DNA from: Bifidobacterium longum subsp. longum JCM 1217
GTDB taxonomy: Bacteria; Actinomycetota; Actinomycetes; Actinomycetales; Bifidobacteriaceae
Direction: 5' to 3'
Assembly: GCF_000196555.1 (NCBI RefSeq)
Contig: NC_015067.1
Span: forward strand, 570,001 to 602,000
DNA: 32,000 bases
Both the position numbers and the translations under genes were made by a program. Position 1 is the first letter of the stretch, and every line of letters begins with the position of its first letter. The notes under the pieces are model-generated. The model worked only from the letters and a program-made list of their open reading frames with translations. It did not search any database and was not told the DNA's origin. Positions 17,674-25,555 of this stretch are shown here, one piece after another.

Positions 17674-18741
17674 ATGACCATCCACAACAGCCTCGCAGAA
17701 CTCATCGGCAACACCCCGCTCGTCAAGCTCAACCACATTCCGCAGGCGGCCGGCGTCAAAGCCACCATCGCCGTCAAAGTCGAATACTTCAACCCCGGTG
17801 GATCTTCCAAGGACCGCATTGCCGAACGCATCATCGACGCCGCCGAACAGTCCGGCCAACTGAAGCCCGGCGGCGTGATCGTCGAACCCACCTCCGGCAA
17901 CACCGGCGTCGGCCTGGCCCTGGTCGCCCAGCAGCGCGGCTACCGCACGATTTTCACCCTGCCGGACAAGGTCTCCGAATCCAAGCGCGCGGTGCTGCGC
18001 GCCTACGGTGCCGAAGTCATCGTCACGCCAACCGACGCCGGCCCGGACGACCCGCGCTCCTACTATCAGGTCGCCGAACGACTGGCCAATACGATTCCCG
18101 GCGGCTTCCGCCCGAACCAGTACGACAATCCGAACGGCCCGCTGAGCCACTACTACACCACCGGACCTGAGATCTGGGAGGCCACGGACCACAAGGTCAC
18201 GCACTTCGTGGCCGGCATCGGCACCGGCGGCACCATCTCCGGCACCGGCAAGTACCTCAAGGAAGCCTCCAACGGCGCGGTCAAGGTCATCGGCTCCGAC
18301 CCGGAAGGCTCCATCTACTCCGCTTCCTCACGCGACGAAGTCCACCAGTACGATATCGAGGGCGTAGGGGAGGACTTCTATCCCAAGGCCTTCGACCGGA
18401 ACATCACCGACGACATCGTGCGCGTGTCCGACGCCGAAGCCTTTGAAATGACCCGCCGTCTGGCCGGCGAGGAGGCGCTGCTGGTCGGCGGCTCGTCCGG
18501 CATGGCCGTGGTCAGCGCCATCAAGTACGCGCTTGCCAATGATTTGGACGAGAACCAGATCGTGGTGGTGCTCGCCCCTGATTCCGGCCGCAGCTACTTG
18601 GAGAAGATCTTCAACGACGACTGGATGCGTGCCAACGGCTACGGCGACATCGTGGAGCGCACCAGCAAGCCCTCCCTCGCCGAGCAGTACCTTAACGGAG
18701 CTCCCTCTGATGAGGGAGCTGGGGACGGACTCCATAACTAG
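17674..18741 (+). CDS. PLP-dependent cysteine synthase / cystathionine beta-synthase family enzyme (CBS-like catalytic core, no Bateman domains)
   Basis: 355 aa with a GAAGGA RBS. PLP-lysine region NPGGSSKDR, SGNTGVGLA, GTGGTISG, and LPDKVSESKRAVLRAYGAEV resembling actinobacterial CBS. The last ~14 codons run through a hairpin repeat. Confidence 0.9.
   Translation: MTIHNSLAELIGNTPLVKLNHIPQAAGVKATIAVKVEYFNPGGSSKDRIAERIIDAAEQSGQLKPGGVIVEPTSGNTGVGLALVAQQRGYRTIFTLPDKVSESKRAVLRAYGAEVIVTPTDAGPDDPRSYYQVAERLANTIPGGFRPNQYDNPNGPLSHYYTTGPEIWEATDHKVTHFVAGIGTGGTISGTGKYLKEASNGAVKVIGSDPEGSIYSASSRDEVHQYDIEGVGEDFYPKAFDRNITDDIVRVSDAEAFEMTRRLAGEEALLVGGSSGMAVVSAIKYALANDLDENQIVVVLAPDSGRSYLEKIFNDDWMRANGYGDIVERTSKPSLAEQYLNGAPSDEGAGDGLHN
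18699..18720. repeat. GCTCCC/GGGAGC-family hairpin embedded in the 3' end of the cbs-like ORF
   Basis: AGCTCCCTC-TGAT-GAGGGAGCT, a perfect 9-bp stem, 19 nt before stop TAG 18739-18741. Confidence 0.7.
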
Positions 18742-18832
18742 CTATCAAAAGAATCAATACCAACATCCGCACTAACCAACCGCACCTGTTCTACCTTCGA
18801 ATACGGAACGATCCCGAAAGGAACCCAATATC

Positions 18833-20017
18833 ATGTCCGCTGAATACAACGCCAAGTTCGCCAACACCGACATCGCCACTCGCGCCATCCACGCCGGCCA
18901 GGAGCCCGACCCGACCACCGGTGCGGTCGTCACGCCGATCTTCGCCACCTCCACTTTCAAGCAGGATGGCGTGTTGGGCCTCAGGGGAGGCCACGACTAC
19001 TCCCGCTCCATCAACCCCACTCGCACCAGCTTCGACGAGCAGCTCGCCGCCGTGGAAGGCGGCAAGTACGCGCTGAGCTTCTCCTCGGGCTTGGCCGCCA
19101 TCGACGTGCTGCTGCGCTCCACCATCAAGCCCGGCGACAACATCCTGCTCGGCAACGATGTGTACGGCGGCACCTACCGCCTGCTCTCCAAGGTGTTCGT
19201 GCCGTGGGGTGTGGGCCTCGACGTGGTGAACATCACCGATCTGAAAGCCGTGGAAACCGCATTGGCCTCCAAGCACTACCAGTATGTGTGGGTCGAGACC
19301 CCGTCCAACCCGCTGCTCAACATCACCGACATCGCGGCCACCACCGAAGTCGCCCACAAGTACGGCACCAAGGTCGCTGTCGACAACACCTTCGCCTCGC
19401 CCGCCCTTCAGCACCCGCTGGCCGATGGCGCCGATGTGGTGGTCTACTCCACCACCAAGTACATCGGCGGCCACTCCGACGTGGTCGGCGGTGCCGTGGT
19501 GGTCAACGATGAGGAGACCCGCGAGAAGGTCGCCTTCCTGCAGAACGCCGCCGGCGCAGTGCCCTCCCCGTTCGACTCCTGGCTGGACATCCGCGGCCTG
19601 AAGACCCTGGATCTGCGCGTCAAGCGCCACAGTGCCAACGCCCTGAAGGTGGCCGAATGGCTCGAATCCCAGCCCTCTGATGTGATTGAGCGCGTCTGGT
19701 ACCCGGGCCTCGAGTCCCACCCGGGTCATGAAATCGCCGCCCGCCAGATGCACGGCGGCTTCGGCGGCATCGTCTCCGTGCAGCTCGCGGCCGGCGCCGA
19801 GGCGGCCAAGCACTTCGTGGACCACACGCAGATCTTCACACTGGCCGAATCGCTCGGCGGTGTGGAAAGCCTCATCGAGGTGCCCGCCGCCATGACCCAC
19901 GCCTCCGTGGCCGGCACCACCCTGCAGGTGCCCGCCAACCTGGTGCGCATTTCGGTCGGTATCGAGAACGCCGACGACCTTATCGCCGATCTCAAGCAGG
20001 CGTTGGATCGTATCTGA
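18833..20017 (+). CDS. Cys/Met-metabolism PLP-dependent enzyme (cystathionine gamma-lyase / gamma-synthase family)
   Basis: 394 aa with a GAAAGGA RBS. Includes RAIHAGQEPDPTTGAVVTPIFATSTF, the PLP-lysine region YSTTKYIGGHSDVVGG and a C-terminal VRISVGIEN motif. Confidence 0.92.
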   Translation: MSAEYNAKFANTDIATRAIHAGQEPDPTTGAVVTPIFATSTFKQDGVLGLRGGHDYSRSINPTRTSFDEQLAAVEGGKYALSFSSGLAAIDVLLRSTIKPGDNILLGNDVYGGTYRLLSKVFVPWGVGLDVVNITDLKAVETALASKHYQYVWVETPSNPLLNITDIAATTEVAHKYGTKVAVDNTFASPALQHPLADGADVVVYSTTKYIGGHSDVVGGAVVVNDEETREKVAFLQNAAGAVPSPFDSWLDIRGLKTLDLRVKRHSANALKVAEWLESQPSDVIERVWYPGLESHPGHEIAARQMHGGFGGIVSVQLAAGAEAAKHFVDHTQIFTLAESLGGVESLIEVPAAMTHASVAGTTLQVPANLVRISVGIENADDLIADLKQALDRI

Positions 20018-20033
20018 CCGTACTGACGGTACT

Positions 20034-20059
20034 GGTGGCACCGTATTGACGGTGCCACC
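20034..20059 (+). terminator. Hairpin after the gamma-lyase-like gene
   Basis: GGTGGCACCG-TATTGA-CGGTGCCACC, a perfect 10-bp stem. No U-tract. Confidence 0.45.
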
Positions 20060-20096
20060 ACGCTTATCGGCGGACTCGCTATCGATTGGTACCTAC

Positions 20097-20130
20097 AAAA
20101 AATCCCCGGCCCACAAGGGTCGGGGATTTT
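20097..20130. terminator. Bidirectional rho-independent terminator between the convergent gamma-lyase-like and L,D-transpeptidase genes
   Basis: AAAATCCCCGGCCC-ACAA-GGGTCGGGGATTTT, a 14-bp stem with one G-U pair, an A-tract on one side and a T-tract on the other. Confidence 0.8.
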
Positions 20131-20154
20131 CCGTTATCGATTAAACATATTGAA

Positions 20155-21879
20155 TCAGCTGGCGTTGCCGCCCTGCCATCCAGTGGCATCCGCACCAGCC
20201 GGGCGCAACGTCTGACCGGAAGTCGGTGTGGTGCCATCAACGACCACACGAGTGCCGATGGTGGCAAAGTCGTACATCCACTTGGCATCGGCCACCTGCA
20301 TGTTGATGCAGCCGTGCGAGCCTGGGATACCCTGCTGCACATAGATGGGGTGCTCGCCCCACATGTATGCAGGAACACCGTGCAGAGCCTCGCCGCCGTT
20401 ATAGTAGGAAACCCACGGCGTGCCTGGCTGGTTGTAGCCTTCGCCAACCATGGTCTGCGATTCGTACTTGAGATACACGTAGAACGTGCCGGTATCGGAC
20501 AGCATGGAACCATCGGCGGTGGGCTTGCCAGAAGCGATGTTGAACTTCTTGACCACCGTGGTGCCCTGATATGCAGTGGCAGTCTGGTTCGTCAGATCAA
20601 CATGAACCCACTTATCGCCATTTGCCGTATCGAAGTTATGAGGCACCTCGACCTGCTTGACATCATACGGGCTGTCTTTCACAGCCACAGTGGAATCAGT
20701 GGACTGGTTCTGCTCGATGGCGGTAGCCAGACGTTCGGGGGCGTCCCCGGCGCCAGTCACTTCAATACCATCCACGCCGAGTGTCTTATCGGCACCAATT
20801 TCCACGCCGCCTTCGTCTTTCGGCGTGATGTAGACCTCGCGTGTCACCTTGGGAACAGTCAGTTCTTTGGTTACGCTGTCACTGGTGACGTACTTGGTGA
20901 TGGCATCGCGGTCGACTACCAGACTCATGGTGCCTTCCGCCTTATTCACCGTGGGCTTGAGGAATGAGGCAATGGTATCGGCCGGGATGGTGACGCTCTT
21001 GTTCACGCCGTTGTCTACGGTCAGTTTGAGGCCAAGCCTGGCATTGGCGTCAAACTGTGTTTGCTGTGCGCTCGCGTCATCAATCGGATTCTTTGCGGTC
21101 TGTAGCTTGACCGGCACCGTCGCATTTTCGCCCGGGGTCGCGACGGCCTCCTTGACTGCAGCATTGACAACATTGGTATCCGGGCCCTTGCCGTCCTGAC
21201 CCGCGGTGTAGTCGAACTGTTTGGTGCTCTTGTTGTAGACAACGGTGGCAATCTGCGCTCGGTCGGCCTCATCGACCAGGCCGGCGGTGACGAATTGTTC
21301 GGCAGTCTCTTTGTCCGTGGTGGCGGTCAGAGCGATATGCGGCTGATCGAAAATATTGAGCTTGGCCACGTCGCCGGTCTTCGCGTTCAACAGCGCATCT
21401 ACGGTTTTATCCGTGTCGACGGTGACGCCAAGGTCCTTCAGCGAGGCTTTGACGCTGTTGCCTTCGGCGGTGAACGTCACTGTGGTGTTATTCAGCTGCT
21501 GCTTCACAGTATTCGCAAGTTCTTCGCGGGTCTGGCCCATGACAGAGACATTGCCCAAATGAACACCGGGCGCAGCCTTGTCTTGGAAGTACCAACGTCC
21601 GACGAAGAAATAGGCTATTAATGCGGCAAGCAACACTGCAAATATGGTTATGATGGCAATCCGTGCGGCCTTGCCATGTGATTTAGCGGTGGTAGATGCC
21701 ATAACATGTTCACCCACATAGGCTGTATTATCGGCATGGTTATTGGTGCCATTGTCACTTTGCTGTGGTGTGGCGGTACCTGAATCCGCGGCTGCGAACA
21801 GCCCATCGGTGGCCACAGGCTGCAGCACCGCCGTCTCCTGATCGTCAGGAGAGGAGAAGGAAAATGTATCGTTGGCCAT
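20155..21879 (-). CDS. Membrane-anchored L,D-transpeptidase (YkuD domain) with a long extracellular linker
   Basis: C-terminal catalytic region EALHGVPAYMWGEHPIYVQQGIPGSHGCINMQVADAKWMYDF. Single TM helix AARIAIITIFAVLLAALIAYFFVG after a polar cytoplasmic N-tail. ATG 21879 is preferred over the TTG at 21906. Confidence 0.88.
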   Translation of the reverse strand: MANDTFSFSSPDDQETAVLQPVATDGLFAAADSGTATPQQSDNGTNNHADNTAYVGEHVMASTTAKSHGKAARIAIITIFAVLLAALIAYFFVGRWYFQDKAAPGVHLGNVSVMGQTREELANTVKQQLNNTTVTFTAEGNSVKASLKDLGVTVDTDKTVDALLNAKTGDVAKLNIFDQPHIALTATTDKETAEQFVTAGLVDEADRAQIATVVYNKSTKQFDYTAGQDGKGPDTNVVNAAVKEAVATPGENATVPVKLQTAKNPIDDASAQQTQFDANARLGLKLTVDNGVNKSVTIPADTIASFLKPTVNKAEGTMSLVVDRDAITKYVTSDSVTKELTVPKVTREVYITPKDEGGVEIGADKTLGVDGIEVTGAGDAPERLATAIEQNQSTDSTVAVKDSPYDVKQVEVPHNFDTANGDKWVHVDLTNQTATAYQGTTVVKKFNIASGKPTADGSMLSDTGTFYVYLKYESQTMVGEGYNQPGTPWVSYYNGGEALHGVPAYMWGEHPIYVQQGIPGSHGCINMQVADAKWMYDFATIGTRVVVDGTTPTSGQTLRPAGADATGWQGGNAS

Positions 21880-21908
21880 CAAAATGCCCCGTCTTAGTTC
21901 TCTCAAAG

Positions 21909-21930
21909 CGGCATATCGTGCGATATGCCG
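21909..21930. promoter_or_regulatory. 22-bp palindrome CGGCATATCG-TG-CGATATGCCG just upstream of the L,D-transpeptidase gene
   Basis: Perfect 10-bp arms read directly, in the divergent ldt/recQ intergenic region. Confidence 0.25.
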
Positions 21931-22038
21931 GGAATAACGTTCCTTGACGCATAATAATACGGAAGGGCTACGTACATCGTTGCGAGGTATTCCGTTATAC
22001 GCTGAAATCCAGCCGCGGTCGGCCTACACTGGTCGTTT

Positions 22039-23994
22039 ATGACAGCACATCAGGCGGCGCTGGAGGCGCTCACACGATACTTCGGCTATGACTCGTTTAG
22101 GCCCGGACAGCAAGGAATTGTCGAGGCTTTGCTTGCCGGACGCGATGTCTTGGGCGTGATGCCCACCGGCGCAGGCAAGTCCGTGTGCTACCAGATTCCC
22201 GCCGCGCTCAGCCCGGGTATGACTTTGGTCATATCTCCCTTGATTTCCCTGATGCGCGACCAGGTCGATGCGCTGAACGACCTCGGTCTGCCGGCCGCGT
22301 TCATCAATACCACTCAAACTCCCGACGAGCAGGCGATGGTGTTCGCCCAAGCCGCCGCCGGGCAGATCAAACTGCTGTACGTGGCCCCGGAACGCTTGGA
22401 AACCGGGCGATTCCGCGACTTTGCCGCCCGTACGCCGATCTCGCTGATCGCCGTGGACGAAGCCCACTGCGTCTCCCAGTGGGGTCAGGACTTCCGCTCG
22501 TCGTACTTAGGTATCGGCGATTTCATCGCCGGGCTGCCGCAGCGTCCACCGGTGGGTGCGTTCACCGCCACCGCCACCGAACGGGTGCGCCGGGACATCG
22601 TGGGACTGCTGGGATTGCGGAATCCGGCCGTCACCGTTACCGGATTCGACCGGCCGAACCTGTATTTTGATGTGGTCAAACTGGAAACCAAATACAAGGC
22701 CGCATGGGTGGCGCGGTATGTGGCCGACCATCCGGACGAATCCGGCATCGTCTACTGCGCCACCCGCAAGACCACCGAAGCGCTCGCCGACACGCTGAAC
22801 CAGATGGGGCATCCGGCTGTCGCCTACCATGGCGGCATGTCGCCGGACGCGCGTGAGGTGGCCCAGCGCGACTTCATCACCGACAAGGTGCCGGTGGTCG
22901 TGGCCACCAACGCTTTCGGCATGGGCATCGATAAGTCCAACGTGCGTTACGTCATCCACCACAATCTGCCCGAATCCATTGAGGCCTACTATCAGGAGGC
23001 CGGCCGCGCGGGCCGTGACGGCGAGCCCAGCCGATGCACGCTGCTGTGGAATGAGTCAGACATCGTCACCCGGCGTCGGTTGCTGGATAACGATTATGAG
23101 AACGAACGATTGACTCCCGAAGAGCAGGAGATCGTTCGCCAGTCCAAGCGCCGGCTGCTGGACGGTATGGTCGGCTACTGCCGCACCACCGACTGCCTGC
23201 ACCGGTATATGACCCGGTATTTCGGTCAGGAATTGTCGCCGAATGCTGGTTCCACGGCGGGTGAAGACATTGCGGCGGACTCTTCGCAGTCCGGCAGATG
23301 CGGTGCCTGCTCGAACTGCGAAAGCACGTTCGAGACCATCGACGTGACCCGCGTGGCGCAGGCGATCAGCCGTTGCGTGCATGACGTGGGGCAGCGCGTC
23401 GGTTCCGGCAAGATCGTCAAGATCCTGCGCGGTTCGCGGGCACAGGATCTGGCATGGCTGAACCCGGAGCGGATGCCCACCTTCGGCATGCTCAAGGACG
23501 TGAACGAGGCTCGCGTGCGCGACGTGTTGAGCCAGATGGCCACGGACGGGTACCTGTCAATTGCCGAAGGGCGTATGCCAATCGTCATGTTCGGTGCGCG
23601 GGCGGCCGAAACCGCCGCTCCCGACTTCCACTATGAGATCAAACGGGTGGAACGCAAGTCGGAGGCGGCCGGTTCCGGTCGGAGCGGGGGAGTGGCTGAT
23701 ACTGCCGATTCCGCCAATGTTCCCGGCGATGCGCTGGGCTCGTATATCCCGGACGATGACGAGGAATCGCTGTTCCAGAAGCTACGCGAACTGCGACGCA
23801 CCATCGCCCAGGAAATCGGCAAGCCGCCGTACATCGTGTTCTCCGACAAGACCTTGCGCGACATGGCCCGCATCAAGCCGGTTACCAACGCGCAATTTCT
23901 GGCGGTCAACGGCGTCGGTCAACACAAGCTCGACCTCTACGGCCAGCGCTTCATGCAAGCCGTCGCCTCGTTCAATGCCGGGAGTGCGTCATAA
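22039..23994 (+). CDS. recQ: ATP-dependent DNA helicase RecQ
   Basis: 651 aa. FGYDSFRPGQQ, Walker A PTGAGKS, DEAH box AVDEAHCVSQWGQDFR, Zn-binding Cys cluster (CRTTDCLHRYM ... CGACSNC), and a C-terminal HRDC-like LFQKLRELRRTIAQEIGKPPYIVFSDKTLRDMA. Confidence 0.95.
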   Translation: MTAHQAALEALTRYFGYDSFRPGQQGIVEALLAGRDVLGVMPTGAGKSVCYQIPAALSPGMTLVISPLISLMRDQVDALNDLGLPAAFINTTQTPDEQAMVFAQAAAGQIKLLYVAPERLETGRFRDFAARTPISLIAVDEAHCVSQWGQDFRSSYLGIGDFIAGLPQRPPVGAFTATATERVRRDIVGLLGLRNPAVTVTGFDRPNLYFDVVKLETKYKAAWVARYVADHPDESGIVYCATRKTTEALADTLNQMGHPAVAYHGGMSPDAREVAQRDFITDKVPVVVATNAFGMGIDKSNVRYVIHHNLPESIEAYYQEAGRAGRDGEPSRCTLLWNESDIVTRRRLLDNDYENERLTPEEQEIVRQSKRRLLDGMVGYCRTTDCLHRYMTRYFGQELSPNAGSTAGEDIAADSSQSGRCGACSNCESTFETIDVTRVAQAISRCVHDVGQRVGSGKIVKILRGSRAQDLAWLNPERMPTFGMLKDVNEARVRDVLSQMATDGYLSIAEGRMPIVMFGARAAETAAPDFHYEIKRVERKSEAAGSGRSGGVADTADSANVPGDALGSYIPDDDEESLFQKLRELRRTIAQEIGKPPYIVFSDKTLRDMARIKPVTNAQFLAVNGVGQHKLDLYGQRFMQAVASFNAGSAS

Positions 23995-24106
23995 CAATCT
24001 CCTATAGCGAACTGCGGAGTATTTGCGGGCGTTCTTGGGCTGGCTCGACTACGATGACTGTTCGATGCTTCATGACCGAACACTCGGCAAGTAGAAAGGC
24101 AACAGC

Positions 24107-24601
24107 ATGGCAGAAGAAACGGCCGAAAAGCCCGTCGTCGAATCATTCCAGCTTGATCACACCAAGGTCAAGGCGCCGTACGTGCGTTACATCGACACCG
24201 AAACGGGCCCTCACGGCGACGTGATCTCCAACTATGATCTGCGCCTGACCCAGCCGAACAAGCAGGCCATCCCCACCGGCGGCCTGCACACCATCGAACA
24301 CACCATCGCCGTGCTGCTGCGCGAACGTATCCCGGGCTACATCGACTGCTCGCCGTTCGGCTGCCGCACCGGCTTCCACCTGCTGACCTGGGGCACCCAC
24401 CCCACCGAGGAAGTGGCCAAGGCCCTGAAGGAATCGTTGGAGTTCATCGCGTACAAGGCCACGTGGGATGACGTGCCCGCCACCACCGAGAAGAGCTGCG
24501 GCAACTATCGCGACCACAGCCTGTTCACCGCCAAGGAATGGGCCAAGCAGATCCTTGAGGAAGGCATCAGCTCCGACCCGTTCGAGCGCAAGGTCGTCTG
24601 A
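24107..24601 (+). CDS. luxS: S-ribosylhomocysteine lyase
   Basis: 164 aa. Metal-binding HTIEH and catalytic [12 protein letters not shown] motifs, with an AGAAAGG RBS. Confidence 0.95.
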   Translation: MAEETAEKPVVESFQLDHTKVKAPYVRYIDTETGPHGDVISNYDLRLTQPNKQAIPTGGLHTIEHTIAVLLRERIPGYIDCSPFGCRTGFHLLTWGTHPTEEVAKALKESLEFIAYKATWDDVPATTEKSCGNYRDHSLFTAKEWAKQILEEGISSDPFERKVV

Positions 24602-24624
24602 TCGCAAGCCAATCGGCATGGAAG

Positions 24625-24664
24625 AACCCCGCCCCCGCATACCACGCGGACGGGGTTTCTTTGT
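24625..24664 (+). terminator. Rho-independent terminator of luxS
   Basis: AACCCCG ... CGGGGTT outer stem with an inner CCGC/GCGG pair, followed by TCTTTGTG. Confidence 0.65.
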
Positions 24665-24749
24665 GCCTATGTTTGTGCCTATGGCATGGTAGGTTTGCCG
24701 TCAGTTAATCGTTGGCCGCTGCACATCGGTAGCTTGGCATGTTGGAGAG

Positions 24750-25298
24750 GTGGAAGTGACTCAGTCGAACGCTGCAAACAAGGCGACAGGCCGCCGTTTC
24801 CGCCACGCCACCATGCGCGATCTGCCGCAGATGCAGAAAATCTACGCACGCGCACGCGCGTTGATGGCCGCCAACGGCAACCCCACCCAGTGGGGCAACG
24901 AATTTCCGCGTGAATCGATGATTGAGGACGACATCGCCAACCAGCGTACGATGCTGCTGGTCGACACCTGCAATGGCCACGAACGCATTCTGGCCCAGTT
25001 CGCCCTGTGCCCGGGCGAGGATCCGACCTACGCCAAAATCGACGGCGCCTGGCTGGACAACGACGCCTATGTGACCATCCACCGCATCGCCGCATCCGGT
25101 CTGGTGCGCCACGCGGCCCGCGACTGTATCAGGTGGGCCCTGAAGCACTACGGCAACGTGCGCGCCGACACCCACCCCAATAACAAGGCCATGCAGCACG
25201 TGCTCGAAAGCTCCGGCTTCGCCCGTTGCGGCCTGATCCAGCTGCTCGACCGGCCGGTCGACACCACCAGAATCGCCTATCAGCGCCACGAGTGGTGA
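24750..25298 (+). CDS. GNAT-family N-acetyltransferase
   Basis: 182 aa; the GTG at 24756 is an alternative start with better spacing to GGAGAGG. VTIHRIAASG ... GNVRADTHPNNKAMQHVLESSGFARCGLI matches the acetyl-CoA-binding core pattern of small GNATs. Confidence 0.85.
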   Translation: MEVTQSNAANKATGRRFRHATMRDLPQMQKIYARARALMAANGNPTQWGNEFPRESMIEDDIANQRTMLLVDTCNGHERILAQFALCPGEDPTYAKIDGAWLDNDAYVTIHRIAASGLVRHAARDCIRWALKHYGNVRADTHPNNKAMQHVLESSGFARCGLIQLLDRPVDTTRIAYQRHEW

Positions 25299-25363
25299 GT
25301 GTGGCTGCCGGCTGATGTGCTCGTTTCTGCACCGTCATCGGTTTCTGACGGTAGAATCAGTGT

Positions 25364-25456
25364 GTGAGAAGAACACGTTGGGTCGGGGGCGTCGTGACGG
25401 TGCTTGCGGCTGTCATGCTGTCGTCGTGCGGCGGCGTCCAGTCGAATCCCGGGTAA
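25364..25456 (+). other. 30-codon micro-ORF that is essentially only a lipoprotein signal peptide (possible gene remnant or micro-lipoprotein)
   Basis: GTG-RRTRWVGGVVTVLAAVMLSSCGGVQSNPG-TAA: a charged n-region, a hydrophobic core, lipobox LSSC, then 9 residues. TAGAAT lies 6 nt upstream of the GTG. Two strong hairpins follow. Below the ORF-track length cutoff. Confidence 0.3.
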
Positions 25457-25505
25457 CACACCGTTGCCAATCCATTCACCGCGCAGGTGAATGGAGAAGA
25501 CATGG

Positions 25506-25549
25506 CGATGCCTGTCGGCCGATGGAGCCCCATCGGCCGACAGGCATCG
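25506..25549. terminator. 20-bp perfect hairpin immediately 3' of the DUF2961 gene (bidirectional)
   Basis: CGATGCCTGTCGGCCGATGG-AGCC-CCATCGGCCGACAGGCATCG. A second hairpin, CCATTCACC-GCGCA-GGTGAATGG, lies at 25472-25494. Confidence 0.7.
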
Positions 25550-25555
25550 AGGAAG

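Noticed and set aside
17200-18720. Repeated hairpins as a possible CRISPR array
   Set aside because: The spacing is irregular, copies are individually palindromic and scattered across the window behind different genes, there are no uniform spacers and there are no cas genes.
18791-20041. 416-aa minus-strand ORF opposite the gamma-lyase-like gene. Related shadows are 20086-20967 (plus), 25476-26735 (minus), 26701-27879 (minus), 29060-30139 (plus) and 30205-31611 (minus).
   Set aside because: Same reasoning: these are shadow ORFs of well-supported genes (PLP enzyme, L,D-transpeptidase, DUF2961, IS30 transposase, APC permease, alr).
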